Assembly (NCBI GenBank): GCA_973895155.1
Contig: OZ316895.1
Span: 19,022,508 to 19,086,507 of the forward strand
Direction: 5' to 3'
DNA from: Marsupella aquatica
Lineage: Eukaryota; Plantae; Marchantiophyta
Length of the DNA: 64,000 nt
Below are positions 48,390 to 61,535 of this stretch, piece after piece (the stretch's first letter is position 1; each line of letters begins with the position of its first letter). Made by a program: the position numbers and the translations under genes. The notes beneath the pieces are model-generated. The model had not been told where the DNA came from. It saw only the letters and a list, made by a program, of their open reading frames with translations, and did not search any database.

Positions 48390-50740
48390 AAAAAAAAAAA
48401 AAGGAAATGGGACCACAAAAACCCCACGGCCGGGGGGAAGCAAGCACCACCAAAAAATACGTCAAGACAACTCCTTTGGGAGGCCAGAAGAAAAGAGAAC
48501 TAAGTCAATAACCCTAAAAATCCCAACTAAGACACACTTAACAATATAGGAGTGTCATAGGACCAGTGCCAATCTCAGCCTGTAAACCTATACAATCCTT
48601 ATGTCACAGACAAACCAGCCAACCTCTTCCTACACCTAGCGCTCCTAGCAACACAGCCATAGAGGTGACTCTGCCAGTACTCCTTGCAAACCAGTGTCTA
48701 CATTCTGAAGCAATGATATCCCTAGCCTTAGCCAAACTGATGCGGCACCCTCCAATGGGGAGACTCCAACCCGTCGCATGCAGGTGAGTCTCGGCTTCAG
48801 AGAGGACCATTCCAAAATTGAACACTTTGATCAACTTTTTCTCAAAAATCTGCTCGTTCCTTCCCATCCATAGAGCCCACAACATTTGATAAAGCAAGAA
48901 AAGGCAAGTAGAGTGAGAACGTGTCCGCTACCAGCAGCAACAATGATTTCCAAGCACCCCCATCCCCTGCCAAACAATTGCCCAAGGAACTAGACTCCCC
49001 AATACCCCAATAGAGCCTAGCGTGATCGCATCCAAAGAAGAGATGCGGGATACTTTCAATCCTCCTAGGGCAAACATGACATACGGCCAACACCAATCCT
49101 AACTGCCCACGAGCCCATGAAAAGACCCCAACAATCAAGCGCCATATGAATGTTTTTGCCTTGGAAGTCAAGTCCGATCTCCAGATTCTAGTCCATACTT
49201 TATGCCATTCTGCCTTTGATCTCTGACTTGCATCCCCAAATTTTGTTCCAACTCTCAAAATCAGTCCTTTTGTCCCTAAGAAGTTCATACACTCGTTGGA
49301 TATCAATTTGAAAGGACTTACATATAGCACAGTTAGAGTCCACCCAGCACCAATGCCTAGCACCCGGTTCCAAATCCATCCAGGGGTACACAACATCATC
49401 AATTATCAGTGGCTGATAACTGATATCAGTTATCTCAAAATTTTTAGAATCTCAGTTGAGGAGTTGAGATGGGGCCTTCAAACTTCCGCGCATCTCAGCT
49501 GGGCAGCCGAGGTTGACTCAATCTCGGCTTACCTCGCCGAGATGGGCGTACGGACCGAAAAAAATCCAAAAAAACAAAATTTGAAAAAAAAATTCAGAAA
49601 TTTTTTCCCCATCTCAGCTTGCCTCGCCGAGATGGGGTGTACGGACCAAAAAAAATGGGAAAAAAAACCAAAAATTTTCCCCCCAAAAAAAATTGAAAAA
49701 CCAAATTTCAGAATTTTTTTTCCCATCTCGGCTGGGCTCGCCGAGATAGGTGTCCGTACAGTACGGACGCCTCATGGCGAAAATAATTTTGAAAACAAAA
49801 AGTTTTCCTTCAAATTTTAAGGAAAATTTTAAGAATTTGTTTTTCTTCATTTTTTCTTTTTTGCATCGTAACTTGGCGGCCTCTCTGAGATGAGGTGGCA
49901 GCTGATATCAAGTACACTGATGAAAGTGACTGATAATTGATGAGATTACCTATCTCATCCATCCAGCAAGATCTCCCACAATAAATGGAGTCCAGCTCAA
50001 GTGCACCACTTGGACTTACACTCATCAGAGACACCTCTCAAATAATGCTAGTGACAAGAAAGGTCAATCCATACTCCTGACCCTTTAGACCAACAGTCAA
50101 CTATATTCCTAATTCCTAATCATTCTCCCTAAAGTCCTTGTTACCTCCCCCTCCGGCCAGGAATGAGACCTGGAGAGACATCTAATTGAGTCAAGAATGC
50201 TCCATCTGCCTAGGATCCTGTCCGCACCGGGCACAAAAGAGCGGCCGCGTCTCAAAGCCCCCCTTGCTATCCATAGTCACCAAGTGTAAGGCATTCCCCC
50301 TCTAGCCCTTGGCGAGCACATCAATAAATTAGAATGTGTAATTGTTCCAATGTATCACCTTGTAAAGCCTCCATCCCATGAGATCAAGGTTAGCCTTCAA
50401 TAGGAGTGACCATTTAGCAGTGGGGCAATCCAGAGCCTTCATGAACCATTGAGTGAGTAGAGCCTCAGAATGAGGGCAAAAGTTTGTGAAGCCAAGTCCA
50501 CCTTCAGTTTTAGGCTGTGCCATCTTTGTCCAGGCCACCAGGGGTTTTCTTGTTCCCCACATGATTATAGCCCCACAAAATGTCCTCGCAGAGCGCCACC
50601 AATTTCTTGGCCAGCCCAACAGATGACCTCATGTGCATAACATGGTAGATATGGATCGCCAATAGAACCTATTTAACCAACAGAGTCCTGCCCATAAATG
50701 AGATCAATTTATTAGCCCAAGTAGCCAATCTCTTAGCAAT
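48390..50740 (-). mobile_element. Older L1-type LINE, 3' portion (zf-RVT and post-RT region), interrupted by a MITE-like insert
   Basis: WTRIWRSDLTSKAKTFIWRL...CHVCPRRIESIPHLFFGC (48842..49402); PLVAWTKMAQPKTEGGLG (50329..50619). Confidence 0.75.
49396..49943. mobile_element. MITE-like non-coding insertion
   Basis: 15-bp perfect inverted repeat TCATCAATTATCAGT (49396-49410 / 49929-49943); three internal ATCTCRGC-N7-GCCGAGAT hairpin units; TSD not clean. Confidence 0.55.
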
Positions 50741-51045
50741 TTTTTTAATTTTTTTAATTTTTAATTATGTTTTATTCCGCGTGAACCCCACGGATGGGGG
50801 GACCCCGCAAGCCAAAAGGCAAAAGAGCCACAGAGGGCGAGAGAACAAAGAGGTCAATAAGGACCAAGGAAGAATCTAACACACAACCAGGGGTTCACCA
50901 TTATCCCACCAAGCCCACAGCAATTGGCAGTATAGTAGAGAATAGTGTCTTCACCCAAAACCAGCATAGGGGAGAGCAGCCCCCATAAAAGCAGACCCAC
51001 AATAGCACTAAAAAGGGATAGAAGTCCATCTGGGACCATACAAGA

Positions 51046-54000
51046 CTAAGTCAAGGCATTACCGCCAAGGGACTCAACACAAATTATCCTATTCCTTATA
51101 ATCCTATTTCGTTCAATGAGCAGTAACTCCGTAGCACCTGAAAGCCGAAGCAGTCTGTTTGAAGGGCCGGTAGCTTCAGCAACCGCAGTGAGATGGTCTA
51201 GTATCTCAGAAATAACCAGCACTTGGTTAAAGATCCTCTTTCTTGACAGATCAAAGGTCTGCAGATTTCGTGACAGCCAAAGATTCCACAGCACTTGATA
51301 GAGCACAAAGAAGCAAAGGTAAACAATGGTGATTTCATCTTAGAAGTCAATATCAGTCCAACTAAGTCCGGCACCTTGTCGCAGAGCAGACCATTCATCC
51401 ACCCATGTATAAGTGGCCAGCACCTGGTCGCGTGCCTACAGACAACAAAAATATGGGGAATGGTTTCTAAGATTCCGGGACAAAGGGTGCAGCAGCCAGA
51501 AGATTTCCCAATTCTCAGGGCTCTGGAGCCAGAGAAGAGTCCTTGAGCCAGAATACGCCACATAAAGACCTTTGCACGAGTTGAGAGGTCAGATGACCAT
51601 AAGTTTTTCCATAGATCGTTCCAATCTGCCTCAGAGTAAGTCTTATCCCAGATTCAGTTCAGCCTATCAAAATCAGATCCCTTCTGGCGGATCATCTCAT
51701 AGACCCAAAGATTGGGAGCTCTGAAGTGTTTCAGCCTCAAGTTCTGGTCTGTCCATCTCCATTGTGCAGCCCGAGTCTCCAAAGTGTAGCCATTTTAAAC
51801 CGAGTTATTGATAGCACTTATGAACGACAGGCAGGTGATACGTCCTTCCATCAAAACGCTCCTAAGGCGCTCAAACCTGTCAGTCAGGTGAATCCAATCC
51901 GCATCAGGGACAGACCAGAAGTCGCAGATCTGCCGAATCCCCAAGCAACCGAAAGTCTTGGTCACCTCCGATAATAGCCGGGCAGGCAGGCAGGGGAAGT
52001 CCCGCATGCAGCAAAGAGTGTCAGCTACACTCCAACGCCCAGGAATGAAACTCGCACCAGGGCAGAAAATCAGATTCTCTCGTACAATTCCCCAAGTCTT
52101 CCAGAGCTAGTTGTCCGATGTAAGTGAGCTTGCCAAAGGTCCGGGGAGAACATAGTAACAATTTGTCTGTCATCGAGTAAGCATACCTTCTCACCGTCTT
52201 GTAGTTGATCCATCTGGTAAGCCCCAAATTAGCCGTAAAGATCCTGGCCCATTCAGACTCAGGACAGTCAAGAGCACCAGTGAACCACTTACTCAAAAGA
52301 GCATCAGAGTGGCTCTAGAAGTCCTTAATACCAAGTCCACCTTCAAGCTTAGGTCGAGCCAACTTCTCCCAAGCAACCAATGGGATCCTCCTCCCACCAA
52401 GCGGATTGGAACCCCACAGAAAAACACCATTCAAAACTATCAATTTTTTTGTCAGTACAAGGGGGGATCTCAGAAACATCATATGATACACTGGAATAGC
52501 CTGTAGCACGTGCTTGACCAACAGTACACGGCCAGTGAAAGAAAGAAGACGTGTGGACCAGGAAGCCAAATGGGAACCGATACGGTCAAGGCAGAAGGAA
52601 TCATGTAGTTGCGTCTCAGAAAGGCCAGTACTAAAGGGAGCCCCCAAGTATCTCTGTACCACTCCGGGAGCACCAATGTTGCAACTAGTGCCCAGAAGCC
52701 ATGCAGGAATCTCATCAAGGGCAATCGGGATCACAGTAGATTTCTCAAGGTTCAACTTAGGACCTGTAGCATCTTCATGATAGCAATTGATAGTGCTTCG
52801 AGCCTGGTTAAAAGCTTCTTCGGTAGCCGGGATAAAAAAACCGAGGTCGTCCGCAAAAAATCTAAGGCAGACAGTTAGCACGACGGACAGTTTGATCCCC
52901 TGTAATCTACCAGCCACAATCTCCGCATGGCAGAAATCCATCAGGGGCTAGGTTGACAACGCAAAAAGCAGAGGGGATAATGGGCATCCCCGTCGAACCC
53001 CACGGGACATGTTAATTTCCGGCGTCCAAAGGCCATTGACTAGAACCATTGAGCAGGCACCGCTAAGGAGTGCACGAACTAGAAAAATAAAGTGAGAGCT
53101 CAGCCCAAGGAGATTCATCGTTTCCCAGATGTAGGAATGATCGACCCTATCAAAAGCCTTCTCAAAGTCGAGCATCAAAAAAAGAGCTGGAGTTCTAGTG
53201 GATTGAAGCCAATCATTCATCAGCCATGCAATTGAAATATTCTCAAGAATGTGACGTCCAGGAATAAATCCGGTCTGCTGAGGGCTGATCATACGGGGTA
53301 GCAAGACCTTAAGTCTACAGGCAAGTAACTTTGCAGTTAATTTGTAAGTGATAGACAGCATGGTAAGGGGTCTCCAGTCTCTCAGGCGTCTCTTATCCGT
53401 CTTCTTAGGAATAAAGCGAATCACTCCATCTTTGAGACCAAAGGAAAAAAGGCCAGTTCGCCAAAAGTCATAGATCATAGCATAGAGATCGCCTTTCAGG
53501 AAAACCCAGCAGGCTCTCAAAACCTTTGCAATTATTCCATCCATACTAGGAGCCTTATCACAAGGCAACAACAACAAAGTGTCATGTAGTTCTTTTAGAG
53601 AAGGAAGCGCTTCCAATGCCTGATTCTCAGCCGCAAAAGGGGAGAAGTGTGTATTTGCATAGAGTCTCTTTCGAGCCTCTCTCATCTTAAGGCAAGCTGC
53701 CGCATTTTGCTCCGCGGGTGCATACAATTCTTTACAAAATCGTTGAACTTCAGTGACGATAAGATCCTCCTCCCAGATCTCACTGTTGTCTTCAGTTAAC
53801 AGATACTCCATTCTTTCCCTTAATCGTTTTGCCTTCACAATGGAAAAGTAGAACTTGGAGGGCTCATCTCCCTGTCCCAGCCACTTGATTTGAGATAGCC
53901 TTTGATTATGTCGAGCCTCTTCCAGCTCCAGCACCCTGACACAATTGTCGGTGCAAGAAAAATCTTGGATACATTCATCAGAATCATCATCCAAGATTGC

Positions 54001-54990
54001 AATTTTTAAAAGACGTAGTTTGTTTTTCATAAGGGCCAGCTCCTCTTCTCTAGGCATAGGCAGTGATTGAATCTGCATGTAGCATTGTCAAAATCTCTAG
54101 AAGGCAGCCGCAAATCTTCTATGAGGATCTGTGAGGATTGCCTCAGCAGAACCATTCCAGGCCGCAGCTAGACGTTCCAAATTTTCAGATTTTTGGAGGA
54201 CTGCAGGATTGGCCTTAAAGTAAGTCGTACGTTTCAGAGAGGACATAGATGTGAGATCTGAATTAAGGTGAAAGGACATCTGCACAGGATCATGGTCTGA
54301 GAGCGCAGAGGTGCCATCATGTTTTAGCTCAGTGATCTCCTCCAGCCATCGTCCTTTACTACTAAGATAAAAGCGATCTAGACTTGATTGGATCATCCTG
54401 CCATTTTGGATTCTTCGCCAAGTAAAAAGAGCACCAGAAACTTGCCCCAAGATGGTGATAGCATCAAGGAGATCAAAATGAGTTTTGATAAAGCACCAAA
54501 ATTCTAATTCTCTGCCACAAATTAGAGGTGACAGTCCAGTCGAATCACAACGGCTCTCAGTCATATTGAAATCGCCGTAGAAGATCCATCTCCCTTGTGG
54601 TAACAGGTTTAACAGATCATCCCAAAGAATTAATCATTCCCCCGTGGTATTCGGGGCATACAAGCAAAGGAGGCCAAACTTCTCCTCACAGAGTTCCATC
54701 TGAACCCAAATAGCTCTCCCCTTATCCAAAGAGCCAGACGCAGTCACCTTAATGGCAGGACTCACCAAAATAGCGGAGCCACCTCTACCTTCATCAGGAG
54801 GTGAGTAAAAGTATTGAAAAGAAGGCAAGATAGTACAAAGAGCATTATCAAGTCGAAAACCGTCCGCCTTGATTTCCTAGAGAGCCAGTTGATCAAGGGA
54901 AGGACGCAGAGAAGACACCCATTTTAGTAGTACTTTCTTTCTGTCAGGATTACAAAGGCCACATACATTCCAAGATGCCAAATTGAGTAT
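51046..54990 (-). pseudogene. LINE ORF2 (AP endonuclease, RT, zf-RVT), disrupted
   Basis: LYAPN, LDRFY, SDHDPV, WRPLTML, LDFEKAFDRV, GCPLSPLLF, FFADD, CTLC...ETIPHIFVVC. Confidence 0.93.
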
Positions 54991-55059
54991 CCCCATGAGT
55001 CAAGTCCCAAGCACCCAGCCACGTGGGCATCAGCAATGAGACCCCTCAAACGTGCCACC

Positions 55060-57113
55060 TCATCCGGTGGGCAGTGGGGAGCCAATAGCTGCAAGAGCAG
55101 CAGCAACAGGACCCATTAGCGGGCTCTCAATAGGCAAGGGAGACTGAAGAGTCAAAGCAAACAAGTGTTTAGTATTTTCCACAGGTGGGTCCCCAGTTTT
55201 CTTCTTGTACTCTCGAGAATGCCGCCTCTCTGGCGTCGTCCAACCATCCGCGTCCTGCAATTGATCACCAGAGGTAAAATGTAAGGAACGTTGGTTTCTG
55301 GCCTTCTTTTTTAGCTTTTCTTTTTTCTTGTCCTCAATGGGAGAATGCTTAGCCAGCTTCCCAGCATGGTTCTTCTTCAAAGCAGTACGAGAGACGATGC
55401 CCTCGTATTTTGACAACTCCATATCCGATGGTAGATCAGAGGCAGATCTTTCCTCATTAGCCTCCGCCATTTCCTCAGATTCACTAGCTCCAGCAATCTG
55501 TGGAAGTGTCTCGGGCAATTCCACAGTAGTATCAGTGAGGATTTTCAGATCCGGGGAGATAGATGAGGTATTGAGAGGAATCAAGAGTGGAGGGACCCCT
55601 TGCAATTCTTGGATAACAATGGGAATAAGATCTCTGTTAGAGAGCACCAGCTCTATGGCATCCTGCACGTCAACGTCGAAGATTGAACCTCCAAAATCCC
55701 TCGTCGTCACCACCATGTCAGCACTGGTTGTATTCTGAGAGCATCCAAAGAGTAATTTGTCTCTACTTGCATCAGGCAGAGCAGGAATCGATGGTGCAGT
55801 AGGTTTAGGTGTGTGAGTCACAAAAGTTGGCAATTCAACCCCAGCTATAGGCGAGGTAAGGGGTGGTGGTGCAAGAACTGGTGAGGGCTGAACGGATTCA
55901 GGGGCAGTCAGAACCGTTGCAGTATCAGTATAAGAAGATGTTGGGGCAGCCTCCGCCAGAGGTGTATCAACATCTTTTGTATTCCCTTCAAAATCCTGAC
56001 AATCACGTGCCAAATGCCCTTTCTTGCCACAACGGAAGTAGTGGAAGGGGATATTTTTGAAGATCAGAGGTTGCCAAATCGAAAGACCCGCCTTAATCAA
56101 AACTTCAACACTCATAGGTACTTCCCGTTGTGTATCCCACAGCACGCAAGCTCTATCATGCGGATAGGAGCTTAATTCATCTCCCTGGATATAGTGAAGA
56201 ATGTCACCCAGAGAAGCAGCCAGCTTCCTCCTGCAAGGTTCAAGTACCAGTGCACGGAAGGGTATTTCAATCCAGACAGGGAGCAACGTATAGGACTCAC
56301 TCCGAATATCAAACGAAGGGTCCCACGGAAACGTGAAAATGAATTTCCGTTCAAGGAGCCAGGGGGCGCCAACCAAGGCAAAATCTTGATGCTTTGGGTT
56401 TCTAAATGATACCAGATAGAAATTTTTACCTACAAATTTCACTTGGGTGACCGGCCAATGCATCTCCTCAACAAAGGTTCTATTGACCCAGAATTCTGTG
56501 AGTGAAATAGCACATCATTGTGCAGTTGAAGAGTTTAGTGACAGTATCAGCAACCTCTTCCAGAGACCATTCAATTGTCGTATGTAGCTTAGAAGGCCAG
56601 TCTTGGACTGAAAGATCTGCAATTCGACGTAGAAGCGGGATGCAAGCTTCAGCCTTGGCTAAACGGTTCAATTCCGCAATCCTCTCATCGGATTCAGATA
56701 GGGAGTGGATTCCAGCCGAAGTCTCATCAGCCGGTAAGGCGGGGGCAGCACCATTCGGGCAATCCAACATTGTTGTATCAGCTACACTGCGCTCACCAAT
56801 ATCATCATGAAAAATGCTCATTGAAGGGGACCGGATTCCTATTCTCCAGAGCATCCATCGTAAGGTTCTCATGATGCTTGTCCACATCCCATCGGGAGAA
56901 TCCATCCACATTGTCTTTGGAGGGTCTCAGTCCAAACCAACTCTGCATGTTAGTAGCGAAGTTGACACACTCAGGCGCTGTGTTAGCAGGCGCTACCAGA
57001 GATCTCACTGGAAATTCAGGGTCGGCCCGGGCGTCCTGTCCCTTGAAGCAACCAGAAGTCCCAGTCCCAGAAGTGCTAGTTGATGCTCCATCAATCCTCG
57101 CAGCTAGGGGCAT
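55060..57113 (-). pseudogene. LINE ORF1 (DUF4283-like region plus degenerate zinc knuckle)
   Basis: VKFVGKNFYLVSF...GAPWLL...PVWIEIP...FRCGKKGHLARDC. Confidence 0.85.
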
Positions 57114-57776
57114 CCCTCAATCGAGAGGATGGAGGTTTCGCCCAGTGTCCAGCACCCCCCTCAGCGTCCCGCAAGGGAGCATCAAAATGGTGGTTAGCGT
57201 GGCTTCGAAAAGCGCCCCGGCCACGATTCATGGCGGCCATAATCAGTGTGTAAGTAGAATAGTGAGATTTAAGCAGACGACACAGAGAATTAACTCACCG
57301 GGCAGCCTTGGAAGACAGCAAGAAAGAAATCACAAAATCACTCCTTCACCAACAGTGCGAACTGCATAATAGTTAAGTTCCCGAGTGGAATTCTGAAATG
57401 GCCCTAGTGTCACCCGGAGCACGGCCACAGAGTGTCAAGATCAGTAATTTAGCAGTGATGTAGCGGACATAGGGTAAAAAGGGGTAAAAGCACAGTACTC
57501 TGTCTCGTTCACAATTGTCCAAACGGCGGTAGTCCAGGAGAAAGAGAGATGCCACTAGCCCTAATTCTGATCAGGAACACCTAACTCACTACTTAGACGA
57601 GGAAAACTAACACCACAAAGCTTAATCAACTCAGAGACATCTTCCGCAGCGGAAGCAGCCCAATAGTCAACAGTTCCAATCAACCTTCGCACCCAACAAA
57701 TGAAATAGCGGCAAAACAATAAGCATGATACACCCTCCGTCAACGCTCCTCAGCTCTCGCAGCTCCACCAGTGTAC

Positions 57777-58250
57777 ATCTCTTAGCAATCTTGTCGAGAC
57801 AAAATTTGTGAATTTGATTTGTCCCAAGCTCCAATCCAAATGGCACCCCTAGATAATTCTACAACTCTCTTGCTTTACTGATCCTACATTGAGTCTTACT
57901 TAGCCACTCCGAGATGCACTCTAGCGCAAAGGGTATAATTATGGATTTTTGGAGATTCAGTCTAGCGCCAGACATGCTCTCATAGCAGGCCAGTGCTGCT
58001 TTAGCCTCCGAGAATGCAACCTCACACGTAGGAATAAACATCCCGAAGTCATCCACAAAGAGTCTGAAGTAGATAGTAGTGTTCATTAATTTTGATTCCC
58101 TGCAATCTTCCTTCTTTAATCTCTACATGTTAGGGGTTGGGTGGACAGTACAAAGAGCAAGGGTGAAAGAGGGCAACCCTGCCCCACCCCCCATTGCAGC
58201 AGAATTGCCTCTTAGATTAATCCATTCACTCCCACTCTCAAAGAAGCCAC
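57777..58250 (-). mobile_element. Older LINE, RT segment (continues 50740)
   Basis: RLFVDDFGMFIP...YESMSGARLNLQKS; joins across the TSD to WANKLISFMGRTLLVK. Confidence 0.8.
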
Positions 58251-59666
58251 AGTGAGCAACGCTTATTGTCACATGTTGAGAAGACATGGTAAGAGAATTG
58301 TGATTGTTGAGAAGACATGGGAAGCTCAGAATTTTGACTGTTGAGATCGCAATTTCTACAAGAAATTGAATGAGAAATGATATGTTAAGTCAATTAATCA
58401 TCGACTGCAAGGATGAATGAAGATTAACTCATTTTGAGTGAGAACTTTGAGGCATAACACTTTAAGAATCTATTGAATAGAAGACTCATGAGTAGCGGAG
58501 TTTGGTTGGAGGTTGTGTGCTTTGAAGGTGACACTCTAGTCATCGTACACCTCCATCATAATGGGATAATTGTCGGACTAGGATTTCTATTGCACCATTT
58601 CTGAATTACCCCTGGACCACATACATAATTGATTAATTACTAGAAGAGTAGATCAATCATACAGTTGGATCTAGCAAGGTCACAGTTACTGAAAGAATGA
58701 ATGCTAACAACAAGAACGACAAGTAATCAGGCTCTGACCTATCCAACTGTGGATTTGTACAATCGGATCACATCTGATTACTCATTGATTGACAGAAGAA
58801 AACATTCTGATTTGCATTTTTAATTAGGGGAGGATGCGTGCGGGTACAGTTGCTGCTGACCATCAATCAACCAATATTGGACAATCGCGATTAATTAAAG
58901 GCGAGCATTTTGGGGGCGGTCTTATGCAATACAATTACTCAGGAGCCTTACACTCCCAAAAGAAATTAAACATGCTATAAGGGCCCTAAAATGCATTTCT
59001 TGGCACTGTTTCACTTTGTTTCTTGGCCCGGTAACTTGCATACACTTAAAGAACCGCCACTGACTCAAGAATTCCAACATCAGAAAATGCCCACCTCCCT
59101 TTTGCAATGAAGAAACATCACAATCCTGTCACCGTCATACACTCAACCACTGCACATCAATTTCTTGGATTGCTTTGCCACAACTCCTGTGCCACATGTG
59201 ATCTTTGGCTTAAAATGTTGGGCGGCATGGCTCCAAGCTCTTTCTGAACCTCACTTTTCAAAAGTTTTAACTTGCTGCAATTGTTGTGCTGAAAACTTGA
59301 ATGTCCGCTGCCTCTCTTTACTCCATAGCTTTCACAATTCAAGAAAGCTACAAATCCTCCGTGTGAAGTCATCGCTTGTCTAGTTTGCACAATCTGCCCA
59401 GCAGAATGACAAGCTCTCTTCCGCCTACAGCCACACACTACTCACAAGTCTCCACTGCAAACGCAATGCTCACCGCATTTGATAAATGACCAATCAAGAA
59501 CCGTCAAAAAACTGTCAAATCAAGAAACCATCTCTCAATTTCTTAGCACTTAGACCTCCTGAAAGCTCCCGCTTGAATGTCCACACAACAAGACCACCAG
59601 AAGACTCAAATGTGTTAGTCACCGCCTTGCTAGATCGCTTCTCCAAATCGTCACTGCCCAATTATA

Positions 59667-59880
59667 GCTGTGATACCAATTGTTGGGAAAACCGCCACAA
59701 AACAACCACGAGAACAATTAACAAGCGTGCACACATTGACACGAAGACATACATGGTTCACCTTTGTCAAGGCTATGCCCACGGGAACATACAAGAGCAT
59801 TACAAAGCTTTGGCCACCATGGCCACACAAAGTCTCCTTCTCCAAGAAAAAGCTCTCCCTAGCCCCTCTATATGCTAGGT
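59667..59880 (-). mobile_element. Relic Copia PBS and LTR edge, related to the B family
   Basis: GCTGTGATACCA-AT-TGTTGGG; TGGTTCACCT...AGGCTA...CCACGGGAACA resembles the B LTR; no partner LTR found. Confidence 0.55.
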
Positions 59881-61399
59881 AAAAGAGTTGAAGCTAATAT
59901 AATTGTCATTAACACCCTAATGGTGGTTTAGCCTAAGTATCAAGAAACTAACCCAAGACTAGAGTTAACCCTAACACGAGGAAGGGGTGTAGAAGTTGAT
60001 GCAAACAACCCTCGGGCACCAGCAAAAAATGTGTCTAGCCATAGGTCACTAGAGACCAAAGGAGGAGGGGGCCTATGGGGCAGCTATTCTTTCACAAATA
60101 AACCCAAAATTAATAAAAAATATGATGGCAATAAGTGGCAACTTGTGTTTCCTCTACTAATTAGTTGGGCAAAAAGGTAGTGAGCAAACCTCATCAGTTG
60201 AGTGTCCCAGTAAATCACCCTGGTGTCACACATTATTCTCAATATGCTCAATGGTCTCGCAAGCTTGGCAAAACCACCATTCCCTTACATCCTACACACC
60301 AACATGGAAGCCGAGAGGAGGAGGAGGATGTTGAGGCCTAGCAGGCCATTTATGTTCCGTAACTTTGAAAGTTTGTGGTGAAAAAGATAAGTATATATAT
60401 AAGAATATATATATGTTTGGGGGCCCACCTGGTTCTGTAGTTTTTAATGAAATTTTGAACATGGTAACGAGCTAGTTGTTGAAGAGGTCATTTCAGGTAC
60501 ACAATCAAAGACGGTCAGCAGCAAGGGGATCCACCACTTGCAAAAGTTAAATATGATCTGATTAATTTTTGGCCAAATCTTCTATGTGGATTGAATTTTG
60601 CAATTTGCATATGACAGTTGCCTCTCTTATATACTCAAATTATGCTACTTCTCACTTCTTTAATCATCTTCACATGGACGTAACAACAACATTGTCTGAA
60701 ACTTCAACAACTCTGCATTAACAAGATGGATTTACAAAAGCACTTATAAAAGGATAGCGATTCTGACTTAACAACGCTGTGAAACAGACGGGCATTGGGG
60801 TAGGGATATAACAATCATTGAAGCGAAGCTGAAGCTCTTTGTTGCTATATAGTGCAGACCCAAGATGAATATGGTACATTTATTCATTTTATGGTAAGTG
60901 GTTTTTGTTTATAAGAAGCCTGGATGGACCTTATTATTTCACAGATAGACTTTCACAACTGGATGGACCACATTGAAACATTCACACAAGCTCGGATAGT
61001 ACATTTCACACCAGGAATGCAGAAGGACCAATGACCTTCTATGTTGTCCAGACTGCTGAGTCAATAGAATGTTGGTGTCAATACTTTGAAACGGGAAAAA
61101 ACATGGAAAGGTGGAATCAGCAGAAATAAATCAAAAGGATACTTTACAATCAAACACTACCTGCCAGAGATGAAAGTCATCCTATAGAAATGAGAATTCT
61201 GGATCAAAAATAGATGATTCGGTGATGGCTTTAGACAGGCAATAATTTTGTATGTCTTTTGTGGAGAGAGGAAAAAAAAGGTGACAGGGAAACTGTGGAG
61301 TGTGAGCAGGAAAAGAGCCACTCGGATGAAGGGAATTAGTACAATGGAAGAACCTAGGGGAGATGGCCAGGTGAAACAAACTGTCCAGATCAAACTTTA

Positions 61400-61535
61400 T
61401 TCATTTTGCATCATAAATAACAAGAGATAGTTCATTTTGCATCATAAATAACAAGAGATAGTCCATTTTGCATCATAACTAACAAGAGATAGTCCATTTT
61501 GCATCATAACTAACAAGAGATAGTCCATTTTGCAT
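61400..61535. repeat. 31-bp minisatellite, ~4.4 units
   Basis: TYCATTTTGCATCATAAMTAACAAGAGATAG in tandem, with no spacers. Confidence 0.92.

Larger units (their letters stand above)
50741..57776 (-). mobile_element. Near full-length L1-clade LINE (~7.0 kb) inserted in the older LINE
   Basis: 13-bp TSD ATCTCTTAGCAAT (50728-50740, 57777-57789); A-rich tail at 50741; ORF1 followed by ORF2. Confidence 0.93.

Noticed and set aside
61400-61535. 31-bp repeat of CRISPR-like length
   Set aside because: No spacers and no cas genes; a plain minisatellite.
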